Source: Cyanophora paradoxa CCMP329
Taxonomy: Eukaryota > Plantae > Glaucophyta
Length of the DNA stretch: 54,417 bases
Reading direction: 5' to 3'
Assembly: GCA_004431415.1 (NCBI GenBank)
Contig: QPMI01000187.1
Coordinates: forward strand, 1 to 54,417
Part shown: positions 21,512 to 31,500 of the stretch, piece by piece
How the letters are laid out: every line of letters starts with the position of its first letter
Numbering within the stretch: the stretch's first letter is position 1
The notes under the pieces: model-generated
What the model saw: only the letters and a program-made list of their open reading frames with translations
Told to the model about the DNA's origin: nothing
Databases searched by the model: none
Translations under genes and position numbers: made by a program

Positions 21512-22411
21512 CTATGACCGTGAGAACGGCAAGTAGAGTCCCTCCAACTCTTTAATGACATTCTTCAATGCTTTCTTGGTCAGATCTTTATCATCTTCCG
21601 TAATGAGTTCGAGAGTCATCGACCAGTCAGTGGTAATATCCGTTTCAGCACCATTCCAGTATGTGAGACGAACTTTTAGCGTTTCCACTTCCACTAAACC
21701 ATTTTGCTCATGCAGGATCATGGAATTATTCGATGAATCGTATTTTAGCAGACTGCCTACCGTTTGATCAATCTCGATTTTTGCGAGGGCTTTATCATCA
21801 CTGGTATTCTTGCTAACATAATTGCCTTTGAGTGGATCGACATGTAGAAGGATGTAAGAGTTGAACAGAAGATCGAGCGGTATAACACTGTCAATGTAGT
21901 AATTATAAGTATAAGCTCCAACTGTTACAGGTGAATCGAGCAGGGCAGAAGCGTATCCATTTTCAGAACTGTCAGGTCTGCGATCTGGGAAACCAAGGAA
22001 GTTCGCTAAGATCCGACTTCCAAAGGTGAGGGTAAATGTTGCATCGCACATGAACCGTAGAAACATGGTAACAGGATCATATGTAACGTAGAAATGGCGA
22101 GTATATGTAGTTCCCGCTGCTCCGTACACTTGTGAAGCTAGTTTGGCATTTAGAAGATTCACCAAACTATCCGAAGTATATGTCCCTTTCGAAATAGTGT
22201 TACTCTTGGTCTTAATTACATCCCCAACATCATAGGTTCCTGTAATCAAACTTCCATTCTCGCTAAGATTGTAAATGTTATTGAACATCTCAAAGTTAGT
22301 CACTCTGCAGGCTCTCACATTTTGGATTGCATGGGGAATTTTGTAAGTAAAGTTCGTTGGGGTTCCATCATCTCGGTCCCTGGAATCAATATTAAGGTAA
22401 TGACGCGTCAT
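21512..22411 (-). CDS. Minor capsid (penton, single jelly-roll) protein
   Basis: N-terminal YLNIDSRDRD, KGTYTSDSLVNLLN, YILLHVD, LAKIEI, and C-terminal LKVRLTYWNG...DWSMTLEL. These motifs are typical of NCLDV/PLV pentons. Adjacent to the MCP. Confidence 0.85.
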   Translation of the reverse strand: MTRHYLNIDSRDRDDGTPTNFTYKIPHAIQNVRACRVTNFEMFNNIYNLSENGSLITGTYDVGDVIKTKSNTISKGTYTSDSLVNLLNAKLASQVYGAAGTTYTRHFYVTYDPVTMFLRFMCDATFTLTFGSRILANFLGFPDRRPDSSENGYASALLDSPVTVGAYTYNYYIDSVIPLDLLFNSYILLHVDPLKGNYVSKNTSDDKALAKIEIDQTVGSLLKYDSSNNSMILHEQNGLVEVETLKVRLTYWNGAETDITTDWSMTLELITEDDKDLTKKALKNVIKELEGLYLPFSRS

Positions 22412-22463
22412 TCTGTTTAATAAAGCATTTTAAAAATTTCTTTTGGTATTTTAAACATAAGAG
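22412..22463. promoter_or_regulatory. 52-bp AT-rich bidirectional promoter between penton and MCP
   Basis: Head-to-head start codons at 22411 and 22464 with an almost entirely A/T spacer. Confidence 0.55.
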
Positions 22464-23690
22464 ATGGCACTCACTGGAACTACCCTTAAGGAACTCCTCA
22501 TTACTCCCGGTTCCGATCAAATTTATCTTTCCCCTGGTCTCCAAATCGGAACCAACCCCAAGTACAAACCATTCCTCGAGCAAGTTCGTCCCCGAGGCAA
22601 TACTTTTGGCTTTAAGAATACCGCTTACTTCGATCTTCCTCGCAAACAACTCCTTGCTGGTGTTTCGCTCTATTTCAAGATTGCCACTGGTGGTGGTGTA
22701 GCCTGCACCCTCCCCAATGGTGGTTCTTCCTTTATTAATGAGGTCCGCTTTGTTCATGGTGGTTTCAAGTATATCATCCCTGGTGACTGGATTACTGTTA
22801 ACGCTCTGATTGATAATGATCATGCTACCATGAGCAGCATGTATGCTTCTCTTGGTTACTTCAAAGAACTTGATCGTGAAAGCACAGATGAGGCTATGGA
22901 ATACATTGTGAAAATTCCCGCTGCTTTCTGGGATGATGCTTACTTTCCATTATGTACGTTAGCCGATATGCCAACGATTGAGGTGGATTTCCGTGATGCT
23001 GGGATAGTCAAAGTTCCTGCTGGTGGATCTGTTACATTTGCGGATTGCTCCCTGATCTGTCAATTTGTAAACATCGCTTCGGCTGAGGCTGAGACACTTT
23101 TGAAAATGGCAAATGAACAAGGTGGTATTCGCATTCCGATCACAGAGGTCATCCACAAGAAGACACGAGCGCTCAAAACAGCTGATGCTGGTGAATCGGT
23201 TGAGGTGACACTCGCTAATGTTTCTGGTCTGGTTCATTCGATTCTCATGACAGTTCGAGAGGTGAACAAACTTAACACCTACACTCACTCAGATTTCTGT
23301 GGTCATGAATCTGCTGTTAAAATTGATCAGTTCCAGATCTTCCACAACAATCGCTCCCTTGACATCTCCAACAAACCCATTTCCGGTTTCCTCTCGGCAA
23401 TGAATCACATTCCATCCCATTATAAGGGCGTTTCAGTTGGCAATACCACCTACGGATTCGAGTCTGGAAATGTTTACGGAATTGTTCTATCCAAATCCGG
23501 AAAGGATTCGCTCCACAACTCGGTTCTGGGTTACCAGGATTTCTTCAACAGCAGCTCCAGCTACATGGATCTCACTGTTTCGGGATGCACTGATGCTGCT
23601 CCTGTTCAGGTTGACATCTATGCCCTACGACACAATGTTATGGTCCTAAATGGCTACAACATCTCTACCCTGAAAGTCTCGAACTTCTAA
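22464..23690 (+). CDS. Double jelly-roll major capsid protein, Nucleocytoviricota-like (408 aa)
   Basis: Collinear matches to the NCLDV MCP consensus: GSDQIYLS (GAQDVYLT), FDLPRKQLL (ISRxGDL), FINEVRFVHGG (VELEIGG), KIPAAFW (IPLxFW), FPLCTL (LPLIAL), QFVNIASAE (DYIYLDxxE), VYGIVLS (VYSFAL), GYQDF (GTxNF), IYALRHNVMVLNG (VYAxNYNVLRIxxG). Confidence 0.88.
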   Translation: MALTGTTLKELLITPGSDQIYLSPGLQIGTNPKYKPFLEQVRPRGNTFGFKNTAYFDLPRKQLLAGVSLYFKIATGGGVACTLPNGGSSFINEVRFVHGGFKYIIPGDWITVNALIDNDHATMSSMYASLGYFKELDRESTDEAMEYIVKIPAAFWDDAYFPLCTLADMPTIEVDFRDAGIVKVPAGGSVTFADCSLICQFVNIASAEAETLLKMANEQGGIRIPITEVIHKKTRALKTADAGESVEVTLANVSGLVHSILMTVREVNKLNTYTHSDFCGHESAVKIDQFQIFHNNRSLDISNKPISGFLSAMNHIPSHYKGVSVGNTTYGFESGNVYGIVLSKSGKDSLHNSVLGYQDFFNSSSSYMDLTVSGCTDAAPVQVDIYALRHNVMVLNGYNISTLKVSNF

Positions 23691-23769
23691 AGTTCTTTTC
23701 TTTCGTTAGAGTAGGAAGCGCAAAATTAGTAGGTAAGGGGTTTATTTTGTTTTTTATCTTATTACTGTA

Positions 23770-24528
23770 ATGGATAACACAGTAAACTTAGATGATATAC
23801 CGGAGTTTGATCCGAGCAAAACAGTTCGAATCCCAACGAGAATTTTAAATGTTGGCCGCTCCAATACAGGTAAGACAATGTTCACAAAATACTTACTTTA
23901 CGAGCTTCGTGACAAGATCGATCAGATTGTTATATTTAGTTCAACAGCTTTTACTGGGCAATTCAATGACATCACCCATCCCGATAACATCTATGAGGAG
24001 TGGGATGATAACATTGTTTTGAGATTGATCAGTATGCAAAAGAAACGAATCGAGAATAACGAAAAGCGAAATAACCTTGTTATCATACTCGATGACATGA
24101 TAGGTTCCAATTTGGATATGCATAATTCGGCTGTGTTATCTAAATTGGTCACGAGTGGCCGCCATTATTCAATTTCCGTAATATTTAATGTTCAGCGTTT
24201 GTGTTCTATTTCTACTACAATTCGTCGAAATGTTGAGTTCGTAGTCTTTTTCAATATTCTTGGGAACGAAAAAGAGTTCAATTGCGCATTCGATGAGTAT
24301 AATGGTGGAATGGATAAGAAGACCTACAAGGAATTGCATAGACTATGGGGTTATAATTACCAAACAGTCATAGCTAGCCTGCAAGGTTATGATATCAAGA
24401 CCTTTACTGATAGAGCAGTACTAACTGATGATGATATAAAGGGCTTTAAGAAGTTTGTGAAGAGAAAAGCAATTAAAAGGGGTCAGATGGCTCGGATTCA
24501 GCGAGAAATGACCACGATTAGTGTGTGA
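23770..24528 (+). CDS. A32-like FtsK/HerA-family genome-packaging ATPase (252 aa)
   Basis: Walker A ILNVGRSNTGKT, Walker B LVIILDDMIG, and the GRHYSISVIFNVQ arginine-finger/Gln motif followed by IRRN. Directly downstream of the MCP. Confidence 0.95.
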   Translation: MDNTVNLDDIPEFDPSKTVRIPTRILNVGRSNTGKTMFTKYLLYELRDKIDQIVIFSSTAFTGQFNDITHPDNIYEEWDDNIVLRLISMQKKRIENNEKRNNLVIILDDMIGSNLDMHNSAVLSKLVTSGRHYSISVIFNVQRLCSISTTIRRNVEFVVFFNILGNEKEFNCAFDEYNGGMDKKTYKELHRLWGYNYQTVIASLQGYDIKTFTDRAVLTDDDIKGFKKFVKRKAIKRGQMARIQREMTTISV

Positions 24529-24770
24529 AAGGTCGATTTTTAAGAAATGTTGTATGATAAGGTAGCTCAGACAAATACGGCGTCTAGTTAATTGTGTAGA
24601 GCTTGAAAAGCGCTTCAAAACGCTATGCAGAACGTTGCGAGTTGATGATCTGGTGATGAGATACAAGCGTTTGAAGATGCCGATAATCGATATACCGAAA
24701 CTTCGGTGAAACGTGAGCGAAACTTGAACCTTGTGAGATCATATACCCTACTATGGTTTATTCCCCGGGT

Positions 24771-24854
24771 TTTCATGGCGCATTTTATGGCGCATTTTAT
24801 GGCGCATTTTATGGCGCATTTTATGGCGCATTTTATGGCGCATTTTATGGCGCA
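24771..24854. repeat. 12-bp tandem repeat (TTTTATGGCGCA) x7
   Basis: Direct reading; first unit is TTTCATGGCGCA. Confidence 0.95.
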
Positions 24855-24920
24855 CTTGATGAAAATTCCCTACTCTGTGGCATGAACCAATCAGAAGCCA
24901 GCAAATTTAACATTAATATA

Positions 24921-25016
24921 TGAGGTATTATCTGAGGTATTATCTGAGATATAATCTGAGGTATTATCTGAGATATTATCTGAGGTATTATCTGAGATGT
25001 TATCTGTGATGTAAAC
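24921..25016. repeat. 12-bp tandem repeat (TGAGRTATTATC) x8, degenerate
   Basis: Units at 24921, 24933, 24945, 24957, 24969, 24981, 24993 and 25005. Confidence 0.95.
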
Positions 25017-25365
25017 CTGGGGAGAAGTTGAAGGGGGATACATTGAAAGTCAGTGAGCCAATCAGATTGCGTCACACATATATACATATACATCATGACA
25101 ATATACACATGGCCGTGATCGTCATAATCTCCCGAGTCACGTGGTATGTCATATATATCATATACATATACATCGTCATTATGACGTCATATATATACAT
25201 CACATATACACAAATAGATATGTTATAGGTATGACCATAAATCGATTTTCTTTGATATATATCATATATACCATATTGATAAATTGACAAAGATACGATT
25301 AAACAACTGCAACAAAATGAAATAAATGATTAGTTTTAAAGGAAAATCGAAAAGTAAAAACAATC

Positions 25366-25698
25366 ATGTATCGGACTGGCCATAAAACAACCGGTTTCAA
25401 TGTGAGCAAGGCAAATAGTTTTATGGATACCTTTCTTTCAAACTCAGAAAACAGATCTATGGATAAATTCGAAGAGTTTTTCGAAGGAAGTTGTCAGCAT
25501 TTAGCTGGAGGAAATTCAAAGAAAATGAATCCATCACTCAAAGAGGCTGTAAGGACGAAATTTATGGCTATGCTAATGTTAATAAACTGTGATCAGTATG
25601 AACTATCAAATAACACAAGGGGAAGACTGCAAAAGAAACTAGCTGATCGAGCAAAAGCAAAAAGCTTGACTAATGGGGAAAATTCAATCAATGCTTGA
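25366..25698 (+). CDS. Hypothetical viral protein (110 aa)
   Basis: Intronless AT-rich ORF with an A-rich leader, downstream of the repeat/control region. Confidence 0.6.
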   Translation: MYRTGHKTTGFNVSKANSFMDTFLSNSENRSMDKFEEFFEGSCQHLAGGNSKKMNPSLKEAVRTKFMAMLMLINCDQYELSNNTRGRLQKKLADRAKAKSLTNGENSINA

Positions 25699-26416
25699 AT
25701 TATTTTTTGGGTGTAATGCATATAACTTCGATTGATTAGATTTTAGATATAACTTCGATTAAATAAAATAGATTGTGACTGAGGCTTACTGAGATTTACT
25801 GAGATTGGGGATTGGGTTACTGGGAATCATGCGGATATTGCTTGAAGGGGCAAATTATATTGGGGTAATTTTTGGGTGTAATGCTCACAGCTCAGCTCAT
25901 GAGCAGCTGCAGGGCGCGCAGTAATATATCCTGCGACTCGGACCGATCCCGAGACGCGCGCGCAGGACACGGACCACTTCGATCTCGAGTCCGCCGGCGC
26001 CGCTTCGTCCGCGCCGCTGCAGTGAATGAAAGGACGTCGCAGCGATGTCGCAGCGATACTTCTAACAATATGTCACGACGATGCGAATGTGAGAGGAGAT
26101 CTAGACATGCTCATGATCAGGGAAGGAGAGCAGGCCTAGCTATAGGGGACAGAGTTAGGATGAAGCGGGAAGGAGACCCCAAAGCGAAGATCTGAGAGGT
26201 CGGGGGGGTTGGGATCCCCGGAGGTCGACGTCACCAGGTGGTAGATCCTATCCTTATTATGCAGCGCCCCAAGACCCAAGACCCCATGAGGAGAAATCAA
26301 CTCCAGTAGCTCACCAGCTCGACAAAGCAGTATCCGTGTTCCATAAGCTTCGATCGCGAGATCCTAAATCAATGCATATGTCCCCCCACCACCCCCCCAC
26401 CCCCGGCCCCCCACCT

Positions 26417-26449
<33 letters not shown>

Positions 26450-26659
26450 CCGGAGTCCCCCCCCCCCCCCGCCCCCTCCCCCCACTCACCACCCCCCCCC
26501 CCCCGGGGGGGGGGGAAGATCTACGACTTGCGCCTCGACGAAGCTGGCGCCGTGCACGTGTGCACGGGCCGCGCCGCAGCTAAGGCAGCGTGATCATGAG
26601 GCAGCGCTGAGCTGAGCTGCGGCGACAGCTTTCGGCGCACGTGCAGGCGGAGTCACTGA

Positions 26660-28050
26660 TCATGAGTGGTTGCCGCTGCCGCCGATCGCAGCCTCAGTCA
26701 ATTGCAACGTTCGCAAGATGAGCTGCCGAGAGAAAGACCGCGGGGGAGAGACAGAATCGCGGGTTCCGCCGCAGGCCCGAAGGGGCGATGGCCTCCGCCA
26801 CGCAGAGGGCTTCGACCAGCGCGAAGGCGTGCCTGTGCATGTTCTTTAGGAAGGGGGGGGGGGAGGAAATTGGGGGTACGCGCACACTCGGAGAGGACGA
26901 TCTCGTCGTCCTTCACCTGCTGCGCCTCGCAGGCTGGAGATCGCGTTAGCGTTTGGCGCCGGGGGTACGGGTCTGGTAGAGAAAGCGGTACCCTGGCAGA
27001 TCAAATCTCCCGTGAACACGGCCTGAGCGGCGCCGTCTACCCCCTGGAGCATGAACGCCTGCATCTCTCCGGAGCCTGAGCCGAGGTCGGGGGGCGGCGG
27101 AGAGGGGATACAGGGAAAAAGAGGAAGGGGTGTGCCTTTATATATGGCGGTGTGCGCGACGAGCCGGAAGCCGTTTCGCGAGAAGGAAATCGAGCGAATG
27201 TCCAGCGCGGCCTTGGGTACGGGGTTTACGGATCGGTCCGGCGGCGGGCCGCGGAGAGAGGGGGGTACGGCGGACGTCGAGGGCGAGCCGGGCCTGCGGG
27301 GGGTACGGTCGGCTAAAGGAAGGGGGTAAGGGATCGGGGGGAAAGGGGGGGGGGGGGGGGTGGCCGGGGAATACCGCGGCGCGGAGATCGAGGCCTTTGC
27401 GATCGTGGGCCCCGATAAACGCGATGACGGCGTCGCCTGCGGAGAAAATCGGCGGGGTAAAGGGCCACTAGCTATATATAGATTGGAAGAAACGCGCCTC
27501 GCGGCTGTGGAGGCCTGGGAAACAAGTACGTGAGGTGAGGGGTACGCGAGCCAGAGGGGGTGTACACACGTACACACGGCGAACGAGCTGGAGGAAGTAC
27601 TCCTGCAGTGATTCGAACGCGGTTCACAAGAGGGGAGGGGAAAGGGAGGGAGCTGGTCTAGATCTGGCGCACGTTTAGCGACGAGGTCAGCTGCGAGGCC
27701 GGCGGCGGCGTCAGCGGCGGCACTAAAGCAGCAGCGGGGCCGAAGGCGCGCGCCAACCTTCTCGCTCGCGTTGGCGTCCTCGGATCTCGTTAGCGCCGGC
27801 GCGCTAAACGATGTCGATGAACACCTGCGCGTCAAGGCTCCGAGAAGCGTGCGCGCACAGAGTGCTCGGCCCGAGCGCACGCAGGAGCCGACGAGCCGCG
27901 CGCGCCGCCCCTGGCCTTCACGGCGAGGAGTCCGGCCGGCACATAAGGCAGGACGAGCTCGATCGGGCTGTAGGCCAGAGCCGCCGGAGGACCCCGGGGC
28001 CCAAAATACGTACGAGCCGGCGCGCGGGCGGACGCTGCGCATGCGGCCGC
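26660..28050 (-). CDS. Hypothetical host protein, multi-exon
   Basis: Short exons (GDAVIAFIGAHDRKGLDLRAAVF, MQAFMLQGVDGAAQAVFTGDLICQ, EAQQVKDDEIVLSEC, LILRTLQLTEAAIGGSGNHS-stop) separated by introns that are C-rich on the minus strand. Start uncertain. Confidence 0.4.
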
Positions 28051-28561
28051 CGTGCCTGCTGTTGCTGGGGCAGCCCGCCGCAGGCGATGGCGATGGTCCG
28101 ACCGCCATGACCAGCACTGCGCCGCGGCCAGGCCCCCCGACTTGAGCTCGAGAAAGGCTGCGCGCGCGCGGCCGATGCTCATGATCAGGATATCGATCAG
28201 GATGCCTGCCGCAGGCCATGGAACTCCGCGGCCGATGTCCGCGCGCGACGCGCATGACTCTATATAGCTAAGTGACTCCGAGGCTCAGTGACGCCGGCCG
28301 CGCGGCATGCGCATATGCATCGCGCCGAGCGCTACTAGGCTACCACTCAGTGAGCAGTCAGCAGATAGGCTAGCGGCGACTAGCGCGTGCGTCTGGGCCG
28401 CGCCGGCCGCGGCGCGGGCCGCTCCGGCTCGCCCGGCGCCGACGCGCGCATGGCTCCCGAAAGTCTCGTACCCCTCCGTGCTTAGGACTCCACCCCCCAT
28501 CCTTCTTGCAGTTTGCGGCCCACTATCTGCGCGACCGACCGCAAGACGCGTCCCTCCTGCA

Positions 28562-31500
28562 ATGCCGAACGGCGTTGACCCCGATGAATACGAGCTGCGG
28601 CCAATCTTACGGGGGCGGCCAGATCCCTTATCGAGCTCGGACGCGCCGGAGGGCAGCGGGTTGTTCTCCAAGAACGCCCTCGTGCTAAGCATCGTCCAGC
28701 ATGTCGTGGACGAGAGGTTCCCGGGGTGCGCGCGCGCTCGTCTCGTGTCGCTGCGCGGTCGCGCAATAGCTATGACCCGCCGGGCGCGGGCTGACGCGCG
28801 TGACGCGGCCCCCTCTTCCGCAGAAGCAGCAGCAGCGCTGGCAAGCACGATGTTAGCCACAGGCGAGGCTCTCAGGTGGAGAACCCGGAAGTCTTTAGGA
28901 TGCGGTTGGACGAGATCCTTTCGCCGGCGCGCATACCGCACCTCAGCAAGCGGGACGGCCAGGCGCAGCGTATGAAAGAGCAGCTATATGGGGCGCTGCT
29001 CCGCGAGTTGCAACTGCATGGTGCGCTGCACATTTGATCTTTCCTGGGGGCCGGAGCGTCCAAGATCGCGCGCCTATGCTAACCTGAGCGACGCGCGCTT
29101 CGCGATCGCAGCTTCGAGCTTCACGACACACGAGTTCTCTTCGGTCACGCAGACTTTGTACCAGCGCGTCTTCGATGCAGGTCCGCGCCCCCTCTGCGCT
29201 GCTTCGTTGGCGCCGCTGACCCGAGCCCCGCCTCTCGGGTGCAGACTTCCTGCATCCGCTTGCGGAAACGAGGCTGGCGTGCGTCTCGAGTCGCCCCTTA
29301 GCTGTGCGACCGTGCGGGAACCCTCACACGCCCCGGCCGCGCAGCGCGTACGTGCCGTCCCGAGAGGAACGGTACTTCAGAGAACTGGAGGCTAGCTGGC
29401 CTTGGTGCGATCTGGCGGGAAACCGACAGCGCCGCGCCGCGCCTCGCGCGCGTGCCGAGCGCGCCAGCTGAGCGCGCGCCGCGCCGCGCCGCGCAGGATG
29501 GCGAACGCGTCGAAGGCGGAGGGCGAGCCGGTCATCAAGCTGGACGACGTGAGCGCCTCCATGCCGGAGGAACGGCACCTGGACAAGGTCGGCGCGCGCG
29601 GGCGCAGCGAGCGAACGCGCCGCAGCTGCAGCCGACGCGCGCCGGCCCCGGCCCGCCGCAGCTGTCGCCCCAGATGCGGAGGAGGATTCTGATGAAGAGG
29701 TGGCTGCACCAGTACTTTCCCATCTTCGGTGCGCGCCCGCCCCGCCCTCCAGCCCCGCCCGCCAGCTCCGCTCGCGCCGCCCGCGCCCGGCGTGACCCGC
29801 GCTCGACCGGCCGCAGAGTGGGCGCCGCAGTGCACGTGGCGGAGCCTCCTTAGGGACTTCGTCGCTGGCACCACCGTCGCCTGCACCCTCATCCCCCAGG
29901 CGCCCTCTTCCCCTCCCCCTCCCCACACCCCCCGCGCCCCTCCTTCCTTCCGTCTGACGGTGTACCCCCCTCCAGGCGATGGCGTACGCTCAGCTGGCGA
30001 ACCTGGACCCGGTCTACGGCCTCTACGCCGCCTTCATCCCCCAGATGATCTGTGCGCGCGCGTACCCCCCGCGCCCCTCCTCCTCCCCCCCTCACCGCCC
30101 GGTCCGGCCCCGGCCAGACGCGATCTTCGGGACGGCGAAGCAGGCGGCGCTGGGCCCCGTGGCCGTCGTCTCGCTCCTCGTCGGCTCCGCCGTCGCCACC
30201 GTGCGCCCCGTGGCCATAGCCGCGAGCTAAAGGCTAAAAGGCACAAGTTACTAGGATCGAGAGCACAAGTTATCGGATCTAAAGCCACCGTGCCCCACGC
30301 CGTGCCGAGAGAGAGAGAGAAAAAGAGAGCGCTCCTAGCGCCGGGCCGCCGCGCCTGCAGCTTAGAGGGCTGCCGCTACCGCACCGCGCATGTAGCCTGG
30401 AGCAGAGCGCCGGGCTGCGCTGCCGCCGCTGGCCCCGCCGAGGGCGCCCGCCGCTCACGAAGGCGCAGGTGGACTTTAAGAACGACAAGGCGTCCGCCGT
30501 CGGCCTTGCCCTCCTCCTCTCCTTCGGGTCCGCCTTCTCGAGCTTGCGCTCGAGCTTTGTTGTTGTTGAGCCTTCTCCTTCTCTGTTCAGCTCCGGGCTG
30601 CTCAACCTGGGCATGGGCTTCCTGCGCCTCGGCTGGATCACCAACTTCCTGAGCCACCCCGTCCTGATCGGCTTCATGATGGGCGGTGCGCCGCTCGCGC
30701 CCCCGCGCCCCGCCCCGCCCCGCGCCCCGGCCCGCGCCCGCCCGCGCCCGTCCGCCCGGCGTCGCTTCCTCGTCGTCTCTCACCTTCGCCCTCCCCGTGC
30801 GCAGCCGGCCTCAACATCGGCATCGGGCAGGTCTGTGGCTTTTCCTGTCCTTCCTCCTGCACCTCGCGTGCACTTGACCCGACCGTGCCCGCCCCCCCCC
30901 ACCCCCCCCCCCCCCGCCCCGCGCAGACGAAGGACGTGTTCGGCATATCGGTGCCGACCGACATCAGCAACGGGCCCACATTTCCCAACGTGCGCCGCTC
31001 CCTTCCGCTCCGCTCTGCCCGGCCAGCGCGCCGCCGCCGCTTGCATCGACTGAGCGCCCCCCGCCCCGCCCGCAGCTCATCTACCAGCTCGGACACGTGC
31101 GGCCGCCCGCCAGCCCGCCCCTCCCTCGCGCCGGCCCAGCCCAGCCTCGCCCAGCCTACCGTGTCCCGCCCCCCACTCACCCTCCACCCCCTCGCAGCTC
31201 GGGGAGACGAAGTGGCACTCGTTCGTCTTCGGGATCATCGCCTTCTGCATCCTCTTCGCCATCAAGAAGACCAACCGCCGCTTCAAGCTCCTCATCCCGG
31301 GTGGGTCCGATGCAGTCTCCGCCTCCGCACGGCCTTCTCCTCACGTCACTCACGTCGCGTACCCCAGGCCCGCTGATCGTGGTGCTGCTGGGGACGGGCA
31401 TCGCGTACCGCCTCCAGCTCGACTCGAAGAAGCAGCTCGCGGTCGTCGGCTCCGTCCCCTCCGTGCGCCCCGCGCCCCGCCCCGCCCCGCCTCGGCTCGG

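Larger units (their letters stand above)
19258..25884. mobile_element. Endogenous viral element: compact double jelly-roll virion module (MCP, penton, packaging ATPase, small ORFs)
   Basis: AT-rich, intronless, tightly packed ORFs with a sharp return to host-like sequence at ~25885. Three hallmark morphogenesis genes and repeat-rich ends. Confidence 0.88.

Noticed and set aside
23319-23326. Mimivirus early promoter AAAATTGA
   Set aside because: It lies inside the MCP coding sequence rather than upstream of a gene, and is expected by chance in AT-rich DNA.
25722-25757. loxP-like site (ATAACTTCG twice)
   Set aside because: Only 9 of the 13 arm bases match, the copies are direct rather than inverted around an 8-bp spacer, and no tyrosine recombinase is present.
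19258-25884. Canonical Polinton/Maverick or virophage
   Set aside because: No pPolB, rve integrase or adenain-like protease in the cassette, no long TIRs or 6-bp TSD, and the MCP motifs look NCLDV-like.
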